From: Eledone cirrhosa
Lineage: Eukaryota
Assembly (NCBI GenBank): GCA_964016885.1
Contig: OZ024740.1
Location: 34,100,001-34,164,000 of the forward strand
Direction of reading: 5' to 3'
Length of the DNA stretch: 64,000 nucleotides
Under the pieces are notes generated by a model. It did not search any database and was not told the origin of the DNA. It saw nothing but the letters and a program-made list of their open reading frames with translations. How positions within the stretch are numbered: the stretch's first letter is position 1; every line of letters starts with the position of its first letter. Of the stretch, positions 35,701 to 46,914 are shown piece after piece. The position numbers and the translations under genes were made by a program.

Positions 35701-36230
35701 CCAGGTATTATTTATCTCAGTATTCAGATCATTGTCTGCTTCGGGTGGTTCCTCCGTTCTCAGGACCTCCTCACCTTCATTTCCCGCCGGCTCGCTTGTC
35801 TGGCATACTACACCCGCCATCTCCAAGCCATTCTCTCTGCTCAGTTCCTCCAGTTCCAGCTCGCTTATCCACCCATTAGTTCTTATTACCCGAGCCTGCC
35901 CGGCCAATTTTTGTTCATCTAATTTAAATAAACCAATCTCGTTCCAGATGTTATGCATCCGTCTCCTGTAGCCCCTCTCCTTGGGGTTACTTTTCAGGTA
36001 GCATTGCATAACAGTTCTATTCAATTCTTTCGTCCAGTTGGTTCTGGCCCCTTTCCTTCTTCTTCTTCCTCCAACATCAGCAGTATTTGGTTGACAGTCA
36101 GGTTCCTGCTGCTGAGCCAGGGGGCACCTGTTGGGTGAGAGTCTGTCACATGACGTTCTAGTCTCCATTTCACCGTTATTCGAACTGTTTATGTTCGATA
36201 TTTAAACACTCTTATCGAGGATTGGCGAAT
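32700..36230 (-). mobile_element. R4/Dong-clade non-LTR retrotransposon, apparently full length
   Basis: Single long ORF with a short 3' UTR ending at (TAA)n. The 5' boundary is approximate. Confidence 0.88.
32776..36168 (-). CDS. R4/Dong ORF: reverse transcriptase + CCHC + restriction-like endonuclease, 1130 aa, uninterrupted
   Basis: NWKSPGPDGV, YRPITCL, EQKGCRKKSRGTKDQLLID, WIDYRKAFD, GIFQGDSLSPLLF, LFMDD, CRICGEREETVAHIVSEC, RHD, RPDLVVVD..IVDVACP, EKINRYQDL. Confidence 0.95.
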   Translation of the reverse strand: METRTSCDRLSPNRCPLAQQQEPDCQPNTADVGGRRRRKGARTNWTKELNRTVMQCYLKSNPKERGYRRRMHNIWNEIGLFKLDEQKLAGQARVIRTNGWISELELEELSRENGLEMAGVVCQTSEPAGNEGEEVLRTEEPPEADNDLNTEINNTWNRDTATEEMNADGLGQDSVDILNLVVDELNNDSGRPMNLRFVDRKKLKETTAKVNKVIPYLEARSLHQCNNILKATANTVRKLLGIKARGNNRQERAEPWWKKRLSGQIGEMRNDIGKLESLLNGTLKNIGTKNRLEIKYKTRSKKLNIIIEELKQRIVAKSAKIRRYENRVSQYKQNRMFDNNQKMLFGQLEGKERGNDLIPGAEQAKTFWRGIWEQDVRHNAQAGWIETVQREIGEQAQQQTDLSITVETLKGQAKKLTNWKSPGPDGVQGYWIKHLTSLHPKLTAMFNDCLVSGEVPEWLTKGTTVLIMKDRIKGNDVTNYRPITCLPVMWKLLTSIVSEEIYHHLHTNNLLPDEQKGCRKKSRGTKDQLLIDKMVMGNCRRRHTDLAMGWIDYRKAFDMVPHSWITKSLEIFRVADNIRQLLGRSMGSWETELTSTGVSLGSVKIKRGIFQGDSLSPLLFVLALMPLTIMLRKVRAGYKLGRGELTINHLLFMDDLKLFGKSEKELDVLVDTVRIFSSDICMQFGIGKCGVIVMRRGRLSRSNGIQIPTGEMIKEIDSEEGYKYLGVLEADGIKNKKMKELLRTEYIRRVRSVLKSHLNSRNAISAVNSRAVSIIRYSAGILRWNVAEQKEMDRKTRKLLTIYNMFHKRSDVDRLYLRRSEGGRGLISIEDCVQMEKNNLYKYVTYSKEPMLRAVLKEGTVGQGIPKEEITSRRKSSLKGKSLHSTFFEKTEFRDPQTWNWLRRGNLKKATEGMLMAAQEQALKTKWLKHHIYKEEASPLCRICGEREETVAHIVSECKHLAQTHYKGWRHDVMGRVIHWHLCKVNNLPHSEKWYEHRPEAVMENSQVKVLWDFRIQTDKKLEHNRPDLVVVDKEKRSCLIVDVACPFDTRVQEKEREKINRYQDLKWEVKRIWNCHEVKVIPIVIGALGTISKGFQGWLKKIVPFTLFGTLQKACLLGTARTLRYVLNI

Positions 36231-36737
36231 GTATGTTTACATAGCCATCTGTGGATCCGCCATCCCACTTGGCCCTTGTGTGGCATTATCACCACGCTGT
36301 ATACGGACACACATAAACAAACAAACACACGGGCAGAAAGGGCCCCAAAAATGAATAAGCATAAGTTTCACTGTAATGTAGTATTCGAATGTCTGACTTA
36401 GTTTTTGTTTTTTAAGTTTTACTTTTTCCCCCCTCTTCTCTGTCCGTCCGCCTGCTTCTCTCTTCATTCTTATTTTCTTTACGTTTTTGGGGTTTCTTTT
36501 TTTGTTTTTGTTTTTCTCTGTTTTTCTCGTTTTTTACTGTTGTTGCTGTGCTGCTTTTGTTGTTTGTTTTTTCTTTTTTCTTTTGAGTCTATCTATATAT
36601 TTTGATGCCTTCCTCTTTGTTAGTAGTAGGAATTCTATAATGTGGAAGTGGTAGCCAGCAGAGACTGGCGGCGTTGGCGATACTGAGACAGTGGTGGTGG
36701 TGATGTCGATACCGAGGCAGTGGTGGCGGTGATGCGA

Positions 36738-37384
36738 CCGTATTACTGTAGTGATGGTGCTGTAGCGGTGGCAGCAGCAGTGAAGGAGTCAGGGGGTGGT
36801 GGCGGCGGTGATGGGATAGTGGTGGTAATGATGGCCGTAGTGAGCGGTGGCGGTGAAGGTGAAAATGCTGTTGTGTTTAGTGTACACAGATGATGGGGTG
36901 GGTGGTGTATCTAGTTTCTGGTGTTGGTGAGTTTCGCTGTCCTATATAGTGTAGCCAGAGGAGAGGAGGGGGGGGGGGGTTCTTCTTCTTCCATTTATAG
37001 CCATTTTATTTTTTTTTGGATATACAGTGTACAATACAAAGTTGAATATTTGAATATTTGAGCCGTATTACTGTAGTGATGGTGCTGTAGCGGTGGCAGC
37101 AGCAGTGAAGGAGTCAAGGGGTGGTGGCGGCGGTGATGGGATAGTGGTGGTAATGATGGCCGTAGTGAGCGGTGGCGGTGAAGGTGAAAATGCTGTTGTG
37201 TTTAGTGTACACAGATGATGGGGTGGGTGGTGTATCTAGTTTCTGGTGTTGGTGAGTTTAGCTGTCCTATATAGTGTAGCCAGAGGAGAGGAGGGGGGGG
37301 GGGTTCTTCTTCTTCCATTTATAGCCATTTTTTTTTTGGATATACAGTGTACAATACAAAGTTGAATATTTGAATATTTGAGCC
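36738..37384. repeat. Tandem duplication, ~325 bp x2, near identical
   Basis: ccgtattactgtagtgatgg starts at 36738 and 37063; the differences are a few substitutions and homopolymer lengths. Confidence 0.95.
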
Positions 37385-37550
37385 TTATAACAATATATTT
37401 TGGGTCCGAATTTTTTTGGGGCTCAAGCCGGGTGCTTTACGTAGCATTTGTACTAAGAGTTGTTATTTCACAAATGATTTAAATATGTTAAAAATTCAAA
37501 ACTTACGGGAGCGATTTCATGACCTCCGTCACCTCGTGCGTCTTCTTCCC

Positions 37551-37609
<59 letters not shown>

Positions 37610-37611
<2 letters not shown>

Positions 37612-38610
37612 AGCTGCATTTATCTTGCTTTATGTTCATACGAGTTATCACCAAGTCACAACCAGTGACCTCAAGAGACAACAAGGTCCGCCATGTTCAA
37701 GAAAGAACATACATACTCACACATGCATCTTTAGGTGTTTAGACTTGTGATGTACTTATATTGACAGAATCTTCCTTAGTATATGGGCAGTTCCCATTAG
37801 TACTATCTTTTGTATTTCTCCTATACGCGGGTTTCCTGGGATTTGCGATAAGTAATCATTAGACCCCTTAGGTATCATTCCCAGAGCGCCTACAACCACT
37901 GGTATTGTTTTAGTTCTCAATTTCCACATTTTTCCAATTTCTATCTCCAGGTCCTTATACTTGCTCAATTTTTCAAATGTTTTTATAGATACATTCTTGT
38001 CTATTGGAACAGACATATCAATTAGCAGGCATACCCTCTTTTTAAAGTCCTTCAATATTATATCAGGTCTATTTGCATCTATTTTTCGGTCTGTTTGGAT
38101 GCTAAAGTTCCACAAGATTGCGATGTGATCTTTTTCAAGTATGGGAGGTGGTTGATGCTCCCACCAATTCTTTTAATGGGGCAGGTCAAAATGCTTACAC
38201 ATTATCCAATGTATGTATTGGGCAGCTCTGTCATGCCTGTTTAGGTATTCGGTTGGAGCTATAGGACTGCACATTGAAATTATATGGTCAATGGTCTCTG
38301 GTTGTTTTTTACATACACGGCATAATGGGCTGCATCCATTTTTTATTATGTTGGCTTGGTAATTTTTTGTTGGCAGACACTGATCTTGTGCTGATATAAT
38401 CAGTCCTTCAGTCTCCGATTTTAGTCCAGAGGATGCCAACCACTGATGGGTTAAAGTTTTGTCAACATCAGGATTGTTAGCTCGTTCTGGGTATTTTCCA
38501 TACAGAGGCTTTTTTTGCCATTTCTTAGCCAGTTTCTGTAGCAGTTCTTTCTTTGCAGTTACTTTTACCTGCTTTGCTTTTTCTGTGTTTTCCATTTCAG
38601 CAGTAAATGG
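37610..38610 (-). mobile_element. Second R4/Dong family, 5'-truncated (CCHC + endonuclease only), flanked by (TTA)n
   Basis: LKSETEGLIISAQDQ, CRVCKKQPETIDHIISMC, RHD, RPDIILKD..LIDMSVP, KLSKYKDL. (TTA)n at 37553-37610 and 38615-38669. Confidence 0.92.
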
Positions 38611-38613
38611 GAC

Positions 38614-38657
<44 letters not shown>

Positions 38658-38882
38658 ATTATTATTATTGGCGACCTACGTAGTAAATCGTATCATCGTG
38701 AGCTTCGCAAAGGTTTGTTATTTCCGTTAGTTAAAAATTGCCATTTACGGAAAATTTTATTGTTAACTGTTTATAAGCGCACATACATTGTTTTCCGAAA
38801 AGGACACCCAAAAAGATTGGGGCCTTGTGCCCAAAATTTAAACATTTATAATTATCAAAAAAATTTCTCTGAAAAAAAAAAC

Positions 38883-40840
38883 ATGGAAGTCTCACAGCCA
38901 CACGAAGCTGACAGCTTTCCTCAAAAACTAACACCTCACACCGACACCACCATTGTAAATATTACTACGTTTGCCAACACTAAAAATTTGATGAGTAGCA
39001 ATATTTTAAATTTGTCTCAGGCAGACATTCATTTCCCGCCATTACCAATGACTGCAGGTGTTAAAGCCGCCACCACCACCACCACCACCGCGACAACAGA
39101 AACAAAAGGAAAAAATATATCAACTCGTGATGTCGAAATGTTTTCAACCAAAATGGACTCTTCCACACCGAACACCACTGACGTCACCACAACCACAACT
39201 GAAACTAAAATTAATAATAACAAAAATAACGATAACAACAACAGCAACAATGACATTAAAAAAACCACCCTGAGTTTTGCCAGAGTAGCAAAACAGTGCG
39301 AAGCATTTACGGTAACTCAGGAGGAATTAGAAAATGCCAAAAAAATGGTAAAGAAAGATGGGTACAGGGTCAGCCTCCCCCTCCCCCACCTAATAAAATG
39401 GAGCATCGGCGCCTATGCACCGTGTCGTATCGAACAATTAATGTAAAATCGCGCCGAGTGGAATGGGCATCCGAGTCCCAAATCCAAAAAGCTTTGGGAC
39501 ATGTGTGGGCAAGAAAAACCCACATCCGACGTGGGCAGAAGTATGGAACCGTGGACGTGTTCTTTGAAACACCAGAGGAGGCTAGAGAACACTCCATGGC
39601 CCCATTAAGAAGTGACGACTTCACACTCGTCCCAAGCTATTGTGGCCAGAGACTCGTAAAGATCAGGGTGACCAACGTTCCACCGGCCATCAAAATTCCC
39701 TGGCTAATAGCGGCCGTCCTCGCCGGCATCGGAGCCAACACCAAGATAATAGCAATAGCAAAAGAAAAGCAGGAGAACTGGTCCGGATCTGGGATGGAGC
39801 TCCTGATCCAAGCGGACCAAAAAAGCATTGAGGAGATCCCAGAGGTAATAGACCTCACTGACGGCAGCCATCTCACCGTAATTGTCGAGAGCAGAAGGCC
39901 TAGGTGTGTCGTTTGTGGTGAAGGAACCCACCTAAGGGCTTTCTGCCCTCAGGCTAAAAGGTTGAGGCCACCTCTCCTACCCACCCCAGTGACTCAACCA
40001 TCAACACCACCAGTAGCAGAAATGGCAGCAACAACTGTAGCAGCAACAACAGAAGCAACTATAACAGCAACAACCCCAGCAACAGTAGCAAAACCAACAC
40101 CACCACCACCAGCAAAACCAACACCACCCAACGCTTCAGAACTAGCACCAGCGCCTACACCATCCACCACGCCACAACCAAAACTAACGCCTGCGGAGGA
40201 TTTTCCACTCCCCGGCCTATCACAACTGGAGACAGATTGCGACGACGAGGAGTGGGAAACGGTATCAGGAAAAAAGAAAAAAAAAACCCCAAAAAGAAAA
40301 AATTCTCTTCCTTCCCCCTCCAAAAACAAAATACAGAGGGAAACAAATAAATTAACAAACAAAAAAGTTAAGACAGATATGCCACCATCCACACCAGCAT
40401 CACCAACCCCATCACCACAAACACCAACACCATCACCATCATTAACCCCAACACCACCATCACCTACACCACAAAAGTCACCAAAATGCGAAACAGAAAC
40501 AAACCCACAACAAAGGCAAACTAAACAAAACAACCAAAACGATACACACTACACAGCATTAAATTTGAACAACAACCAATTATTACACTACATCCAACAC
40601 AACACCAGCACCACAGAAAAAGACTACACAGCAACCCCAAAATTCACACCACCTCCACACATACAAATCACTCGCATCACACAGAAAACGTACATGACAC
40701 TAAAACAAAAATTCCCCAAAGACATCGGAGACTTCCGACAAGCACTCTCCAGGAGGATTTATAAGGACATCCTTCCTGAGGAGGCCACAAGCAGTGAAAA
40801 GGATGGAAAAACCGTCCTTCCTCTACGAGAAGTAAGGTAA
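38883..40840 (+). pseudogene. LINE ORF1 (RRM-like region, CCHC zinc knuckle, Pro/Thr-rich tail), one frameshift near 39350
   Basis: Overlapping ORFs ending at 39446 and 40840; SFARVAK, KIRVTNVPP, CVVCGEGTHLRAFC, EEWETVSGKKKK. Confidence 0.8.
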
Positions 40841-40874
40841 GTGGTCTTTCCCATCTTTTCCATTCCATTTCAAC

Positions 40875-43800
40875 ATGACCTCACTCAGAATAGGCAGCAT
40901 AAATGCGCGTGGCTTGGGGTCGTCATGGAAGCAGGGTCACCTGCTCAACGACCTCAGATCACTAAACATAGATGTAGTGGCAATCAGCGAGACCAGAATC
41001 TCCGAAGCACGGGCCTTCGCACCGATTTTCGGCGGCTACGATGTGTACGCATCTCCCAGCCGTCCGGGATCGGGGGGAGGAGTTGCTGTGCTTTTTCGGA
41101 GAGGTTTAGATCTTGCCATACGGGCCATCTTCCTGGACCCAGAAGGTAAGTTGGTGGTGCTGGACGTGACCAGCGGAGACGAGCAAGCTTTCAGGTTAGT
41201 GGCCGTCTATGCCCCGACAAGAGCAAGGCGGCCTGATTTCTTCCGGCGTCTGGAGACCTTTCTTGGAACGTCCCGCTCTTTAGTGTTAGTGGGCGACTGG
41301 AACGGGATCTTAGATGCACGCTGGGATTGTGTGGGATTAGTGGATAGGGGAGGAGGGTGCAAGAGTCTCACCAACCTGCTCAGGCGTTTTGAACTGTCTG
41401 ACAGGTACCGATTGGATTTCCTGAATGTACCAATGTGGACTTGGACAAATCGCATAGGGTCATCCAGATCATATCTAGATATAGTATTTTGTAGGGAAAT
41501 AGATAGGTCTAGCATAGGCTGTCCACAATTCAAGATAGTCAGCTACACGGACCACAAATTCGTGATCTGTGTGCTTGACTTAGATAGGCTTCATAGAAGA
41601 GGACCCGGCTACTGGAAGCTAAACGCGTCCTTACCAGCACGCAAGGCCTACAGAGACTGGATTAGCAAACTAGTTAAGCGGGCGTTGACGGGGCCCATCG
41701 TCAACAACAAGTGGTGGTTTGCTCTGAAAAGAGCAATTAGAATAGAGTCCATTAGGCTTAGTAAGGCTTTAGCAATAGAGAAAAATAGAGCAGAGGGAGA
41801 ATTAGTTAGAAAATTAGACGAGGCGCTTTGCAAAAGCATCGCGACCGACGTACTTGCGGCGAAATTGGCCCTTGACCAATTCTTCAATGCAAAGCACGAA
41901 GGCTGCGTTGTCAGAGCTAGGGTGCGTGCTCTCAGACACGAGGGGACGAAAGCCGTTCAATGGGCCCGAGTGGCGGAGGCGCGTCGTGGCAACAAAGCCA
42001 CGATCCGGTCTTTGGTGGACCACGACGGGCGCATGCTACTCGATCCCGGGCAAATGTGTGAAGCTTTTCAGCGACACTTCGCTCAACTGTTCGGGGGCAG
42101 TGGCGGGCCGGATCGAGGTATGGACTTTAGTGTCTACCTCGACGGACTGCCGCGGCTCTCGGCCACTGAGGCGGAGTGTTGCGAAAAGCCGATAACAGCC
42201 GCTGAAGTACGGGAGGCAATGACTAGCTGCACAAGGGGTAAATCGCCTGGTTTGGATGGTGTGCCCTATGAACTTTACGTACAAATGCCAGACTTGTTCG
42301 GAGGCCTCTTGGCGGACGTCTACTGCAACTGGCAACAGAACGGGAGAATTCCCAGCTCTGTGAGCCGAGGAGCGGTGGGACTGCTGAGAAAGGATCCGAA
42401 CAAGGGGGATAACATAGATAATTTTAGGCCCATAACTCTGCTAAACACAGAGTTCAAGATTTTGGCCAAGGTGCTAGCAAAGAGGTTGGCGCTTGTCGTT
42501 GGTGGTCTGGTGGGAGAGGCACAGACATGCGCCATTCCCGACAGATCCATCCACGACAACCTCCACCTCATGCGATACATCGTAGAGAGGGTAGCTAGGG
42601 AACCTGACACGGGTGGGTCTTTGATCAATTTAGATCAGTCGAAAGCCTTCGATAGGGTCGACCATCGTTACCTAGCGGCAGTCCTGAGGGCGGCTGGCTT
42701 TGGGCCCGTCTTCAGAGGCTGGATCGCTGCCATGCACAGCGACATCTGCTCTGTAGTGAGAGTGAACGGTCACCTTTCGGAACCGTTCAACATCATGCGC
42801 TCGGTCCGCCAAGGATGTCCCCTCTCGTCCCTATTGTACGTATTGACTCTCGAGCCGTTACTGCACAAACTGGAGACGTTGAGGGGGGTCCCGCGCGAAC
42901 TAGGATGCGGAAGATCCGTGTCAGCATATGCCGACGATGTCACCGTAGTGGTGTCGAACGCCAAACACATCGAGGCGATCGGCACTACACTAAGAGAATA
43001 CGAAGCGGTGACAGGAGCAATGATCAACCAGGAAAAGTCAGTGGGCCTGCAGCTCGGCACCTGGAGAGGCAGGTCCATGCCGTCCAACAGCGTCGTCGGG
43101 CGCTGGACGGACGGACCGGTTAAATTGCTAGGGGTCTGGTTCGGTCCAGACCTCCAGACGGACAAAAACTGGGACGAGGTGACGAGCAGGGTGGCTTCTC
43201 TCACCTAGAAATGGGCCGAGAGGAAGCTATCCCTGAAAGGTCGAGCGGAGGTGGCTAACGCGTACATCGCGTCCGTCATCTACTACCGCCTGACCGTCGT
43301 ACCTTGTCCTAAGCCTCGCCTGACTGCGCTGGAGCGTTTGCTCTTTCGCTTCTTGTGGAAGGGACGCGCTCCGATGGTCAGGCGGTCCATCTGCTGTCAA
43401 CACCCGCTACGTGGAGGGCTGGGCATGCCGTGGCTGATGATGCGCAGACATGCGCTCAGGCTACGACATCTCCACCTCTTCCTCGACGGTGATCAGGTGT
43501 GGTCGCCGTTTGCTAGACACGTTTTTCCCCAGCTCGTCTCCTTGACGGAGCTGCAGTCCTGGGTCAAGCGAAGACCGAGAGGGAGCGCTTGGAGACTGGA
43601 ATCTCTTCAGGCGCTCACAGCCCTCGACCAATCGGGCAATGTGATCGGTGGAAACTCCACCTTGGCGTTCTATAGGGGATTAGTGGAGGGGAAGGGCGAC
43701 GACGTACTTGGAGAAACTCTAGGCGTCGACGAAAATCAACTAGCCAATCTATTCGGAAGGACTTTCGGGCCGGGGTCTATGGACAACTTCCAGAAATCCC

Positions 43801-44294
43801 TGGCCTGGCAGTGCTACCGGGGAGCTTTGCCAGTTCGGGATAAACTCTACAGGCATGGAGGTGCCGTCAGCCGGGCATGTCCGAGATGCGCACAGGGCGA
43901 CGAAACCGTCCTGCACGCACTCGTCCAGTGTCCGAGCATTGCTGACTTGTGGGTTTATGTCGAACACCTGCTGTCACGTGTAGGACGGATCCAGCTATCA
44001 GCTGAGTCCATCGTGAGGATTGCCCCGCCCTCTTCCTTTAGCCGGGAAGGGCAGGCAGTTTTTATCTGTCTGGTGGCCATGGCGAAAGAGATAGTATGGT
44101 GGACACGTTTGAAAGGGCTGAAGACGAGCACTTACCTCTTCGGTGATGCCCTGATTAACTTTTTCAAATTTCATTTGAAAAGGAAAATCAGAGTAGAGAG
44201 GGAAGTGCTCTCTTCCCAGCATTTTGTTGAAAGATGGGTGAGAGAAGCAAGTATGGCCCGAATAAATGGGCCTTCTCTGAGTATGTGTCTGTAA
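40875..44294 (+). pseudogene. LINE ORF2 (APE endonuclease + RT + C-terminal zinc finger), single in-frame TAG at 43206-43208
   Basis: SINARGL, ISET, VYAP, VGDWN, SYLD, YTDH, PGYWKLNASL, KSPGLDG, LDQSKAFDRV, RQGCPLS, AYADD, CPRCAQGDETVLHALVQC. The reading frame continues past the stop. Confidence 0.93.
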
Positions 44295-44543
44295 ATTAAA
44301 GGTGGAAAACTGGGAGAGGGCACTTGCCCTGGTGGTCAGGGTCACTGTGGTCTTTTAATGGGCTTTCTCCACAAATGTCCCTCGGAAGTCTCCCCCCTAT
44401 TGGGGAATTTTTTTCATTGTTCTATTATTACATCCTCTGTTTCCTTTTTTTACACGCAGAAATGCCCATTTGTACCGCTCTGTATTGCCCTGTACTGTCC
44501 TTAATGTCTACTTTATGTAAACCCTTGTGGTTAATAAAGAAAT

Positions 44544-44574
<31 letters not shown>

Positions 44575-44726
44575 TTTATTATTATTATCATATATATATA
44601 TATCTAGTGTAGGTAGTACGGTGAAATACTGGTGTTGGTACCAAATCAAGCACTCTATGCACTGGCAGAGTGTATATAATAGAAAAAAACAAGGAAATTT
44701 CGTTTACATATGAAAAATATTTATGC

Positions 44727-44827
44727 GTATCGACCTGTTACGCGCGTTTCGCAGAGGATTGACTCAAGGTGACTCATAGGAGTTATGGACCCGACTCCAA
44801 TATCGATCTGCTCCTCAGACTAGTGAT
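44727..44827 (-). ncRNA. Type I hammerhead (minus-strand member of a divergent pair)
   Basis: Minus strand: atcactagt-CTGAGGA-GCAGA...TCTGC-GAAA-CGCGCG-TA-acaggtcgat. Perfect stem II base, palindromic stem III, GTA triplet. Confidence 0.78.
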
Positions 44828-44838
44828 GCGACAAAAGA

Positions 44839-44940
44839 TATCACCAATCTGAGGAGCGGATTGATATTGGAGTCGGGTACATAACTCCTATGGGTCACCT
44901 TGAGCCAATCCTCTGTGAAACGAGCGTAACAGGTCGATAC
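44839..44940 (+). ncRNA. Type I hammerhead (plus-strand member of the pair)
   Basis: CTGAGGA(44849-55)-GCGGA...TCTGT-GAAA(44917-20)-CGAGCG-TA-acaggtcgat. Confidence 0.7.
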
Positions 44941-45179
44941 GCAATAAATATTTTACATATGTAAACGAAACTTCCTCAGACTAGCAACTGCTAACTTTTG
45001 ACCGCCTTCTCGCCTTGGGCATTTCTCTCTGCTTTTCAGCCCCATGGATTGTGTCTATGATTATATTCCTTTGTTAAATTTCGAATACCTGATGCTGTCA
45101 CCAGATTCATACTGAACCCGGTCATTGAAATGTTCATAGTATAATAAATCTTTAAGGAATTCCACCAGTCCAGCCTCCT

Positions 45180-46097
45180 GTTATTTTATAATAATTAACT
45201 CCGTACTCGCACCACCAACAACACAAACGAAGACGGGTGAGTTGCTGCTTGACCCTCTGACCACTTCTCTGCACACACAGACACACAGCCCTCTCCACCT
45301 GTCATTCTCCTCTACCCTCCTCCTGCCTTGACCCTCTGACCACTTCCTGTTGCGCGCGCACCCCCACATCTCCCCTCTTACGACCAACACAATCACGTAT
45401 TACACACCATTGGTCATCGTTCCCACCATCAACTCCATCACAAGGAAAATATCCGGCAGCTCACCACATCCTCTACGGAACTACCTTAGGAACTTATCCA
45501 CGGACATACACTCACAAACATTTTTTTCCAACCACGCCACCTACATCCACAATACGTATAAACACCACACACATGTGCGTACCCCCACATATATACACAC
45601 TCAGCCGGAATCCTCTACCTCCTCCCCCACCCCTCTGACCACTCCCCATCCACACACGCGCACACACACACCGACCTACACCCCACTCCACACACACCTT
45701 TTCCTGAACATGGAACTTCGTTCTTCCCCCAACTCTCACATTCACATACACACACACACACACGTACACCTACACACATGCACCACCTTCAGCCCTCCCC
45801 GCTCGGAAACCCCGCCTCCCTCTCCCCACTCCACCCGCTACCACCCTTCCACCACTTGTTTATCTTCATGTTTATTTTTATTATTATTTTTTTATATTTA
45901 TTTTTATTTGTACCTCTTCCACCCCCCCTTCTAAATGTCTCTCCTCCACTCCTCTACACACCCCCGGAACTCTCTTCCCACACACTTTTCGCCTGAAGAA
46001 GGGCTTATGCCCGAAACGTCCCCCCACTCTCAAGAGCGTGAAACTAATAAACCTTTGTTCGTACTGCCTCTCTGTTTTGTTCCCGTTCCATTTTTTA
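45180..46097 (+). mobile_element. Penelope 3' region/pLTR remnant related to element #3
   Basis: Shares gaccacttcctgttgcgcgc with ~21310, is C-rich and ends in a hammerhead motif before (TA)n. Confidence 0.65.
45990..46022 (+). ncRNA. Minimal hammerhead core
   Basis: CTGAAGA(45993-99)-a-GGGC-ttat-GCCC-GAAA-CGTC. Stem I is not evident. Confidence 0.65.
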
Positions 46098-46112
46098 TTC
46101 CCGTTCCATTTT

Positions 46113-46183
<71 letters not shown>

Positions 46184-46189
46184 ATAAAT

Positions 46190-46900
46190 TAACGGAGTCA
46201 TATGTGGTCTATGTCTAGGGCGGGTAAGATTCCCGAGATCCATGGACGAGTTCTCTTCAGCTGTCTCTGTCCCTCATTATCGCTGCCATGTCCTGCATCT
46301 CCAAGATACCAGTGTATGTCCTTAGGGCATCAACATATGTTAACCTCGGTCTTCCTCTTCCAGTGTGTCCATGCAGGGGTTCCTACAGGAGCACTGAGTG
46401 CAGTGTCAACTCTGGATGTCGGTGAGCATGTCCAGCTAACCTCAGTCTCCTCTGTGCTACTCTGGAGCTGACATTTGGGAGGCTCCCGTACAGCTCTGAG
46501 TTCTTCATCCTCAGTGTATACTGATTAATATTCAGAGCCATCCACAGCATTTTCGTGTAGCATCCATTCACCATTTGAGTGAGTTTCTTGGTCAGTGTCC
46601 AAGTCTGAGACCCATACAACAGCACAGACTACAGCAACGAAGAGGCGGATCTTCAGGTCTTTTACGAAGGTCCGACTTCCACACCGATCTGAAGCTGTAG
46701 CACGTCGCCCAGGCTTTGCTCTTCCTCTCGACCACATCATCTTCCGTATTCCCAATCTTTGCTCCCAAGTACAGGAAGTCCTCAACCAATTCTAGCGGCT
46801 TCCCGCCTACATGAGTAATCTTCTCTGGCTTCTTAATATTCTCAACCAGATACTTCGTCTTAATCTCATTCATTCTCAGCCCCACACTCATCGACATATT
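46190..46900 (-). mobile_element. RTE-like LINE 3' fragment
   Basis: GLRMNEIKTKYL, LELVEDFLYLG, LLYGSQTWTLT, RRLRLAGHAHRH. Confidence 0.85.
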
Positions 46901-46914
46901 TATTTAGTAAATGC

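Larger units (their letters stand above)
38670..44545 (+). mobile_element. Tx1/L1-clade LINE, near full length, flanked by (TTA)n
   Basis: 5' UTR, ORF1, ORF2, then a 3' UTR ending aataaagaaatc before (ATT)n. Confidence 0.92.

Noticed and set aside
32849-36138. Plus-strand ORFs overlapping the Dong ORF (similarly, antisense ORFs over Tx1, Helitron and Penelope)
   Set aside because: Antisense shadows of the real coding strand, with no recognisable motifs.
43206-43208. Programmed readthrough of the TAG in Tx1 ORF2, or programmed frameshift in ORF1 near 39350
   Set aside because: A point mutation and a 1-bp indel in an A-rich run are simpler explanations. This needs other copies to test.
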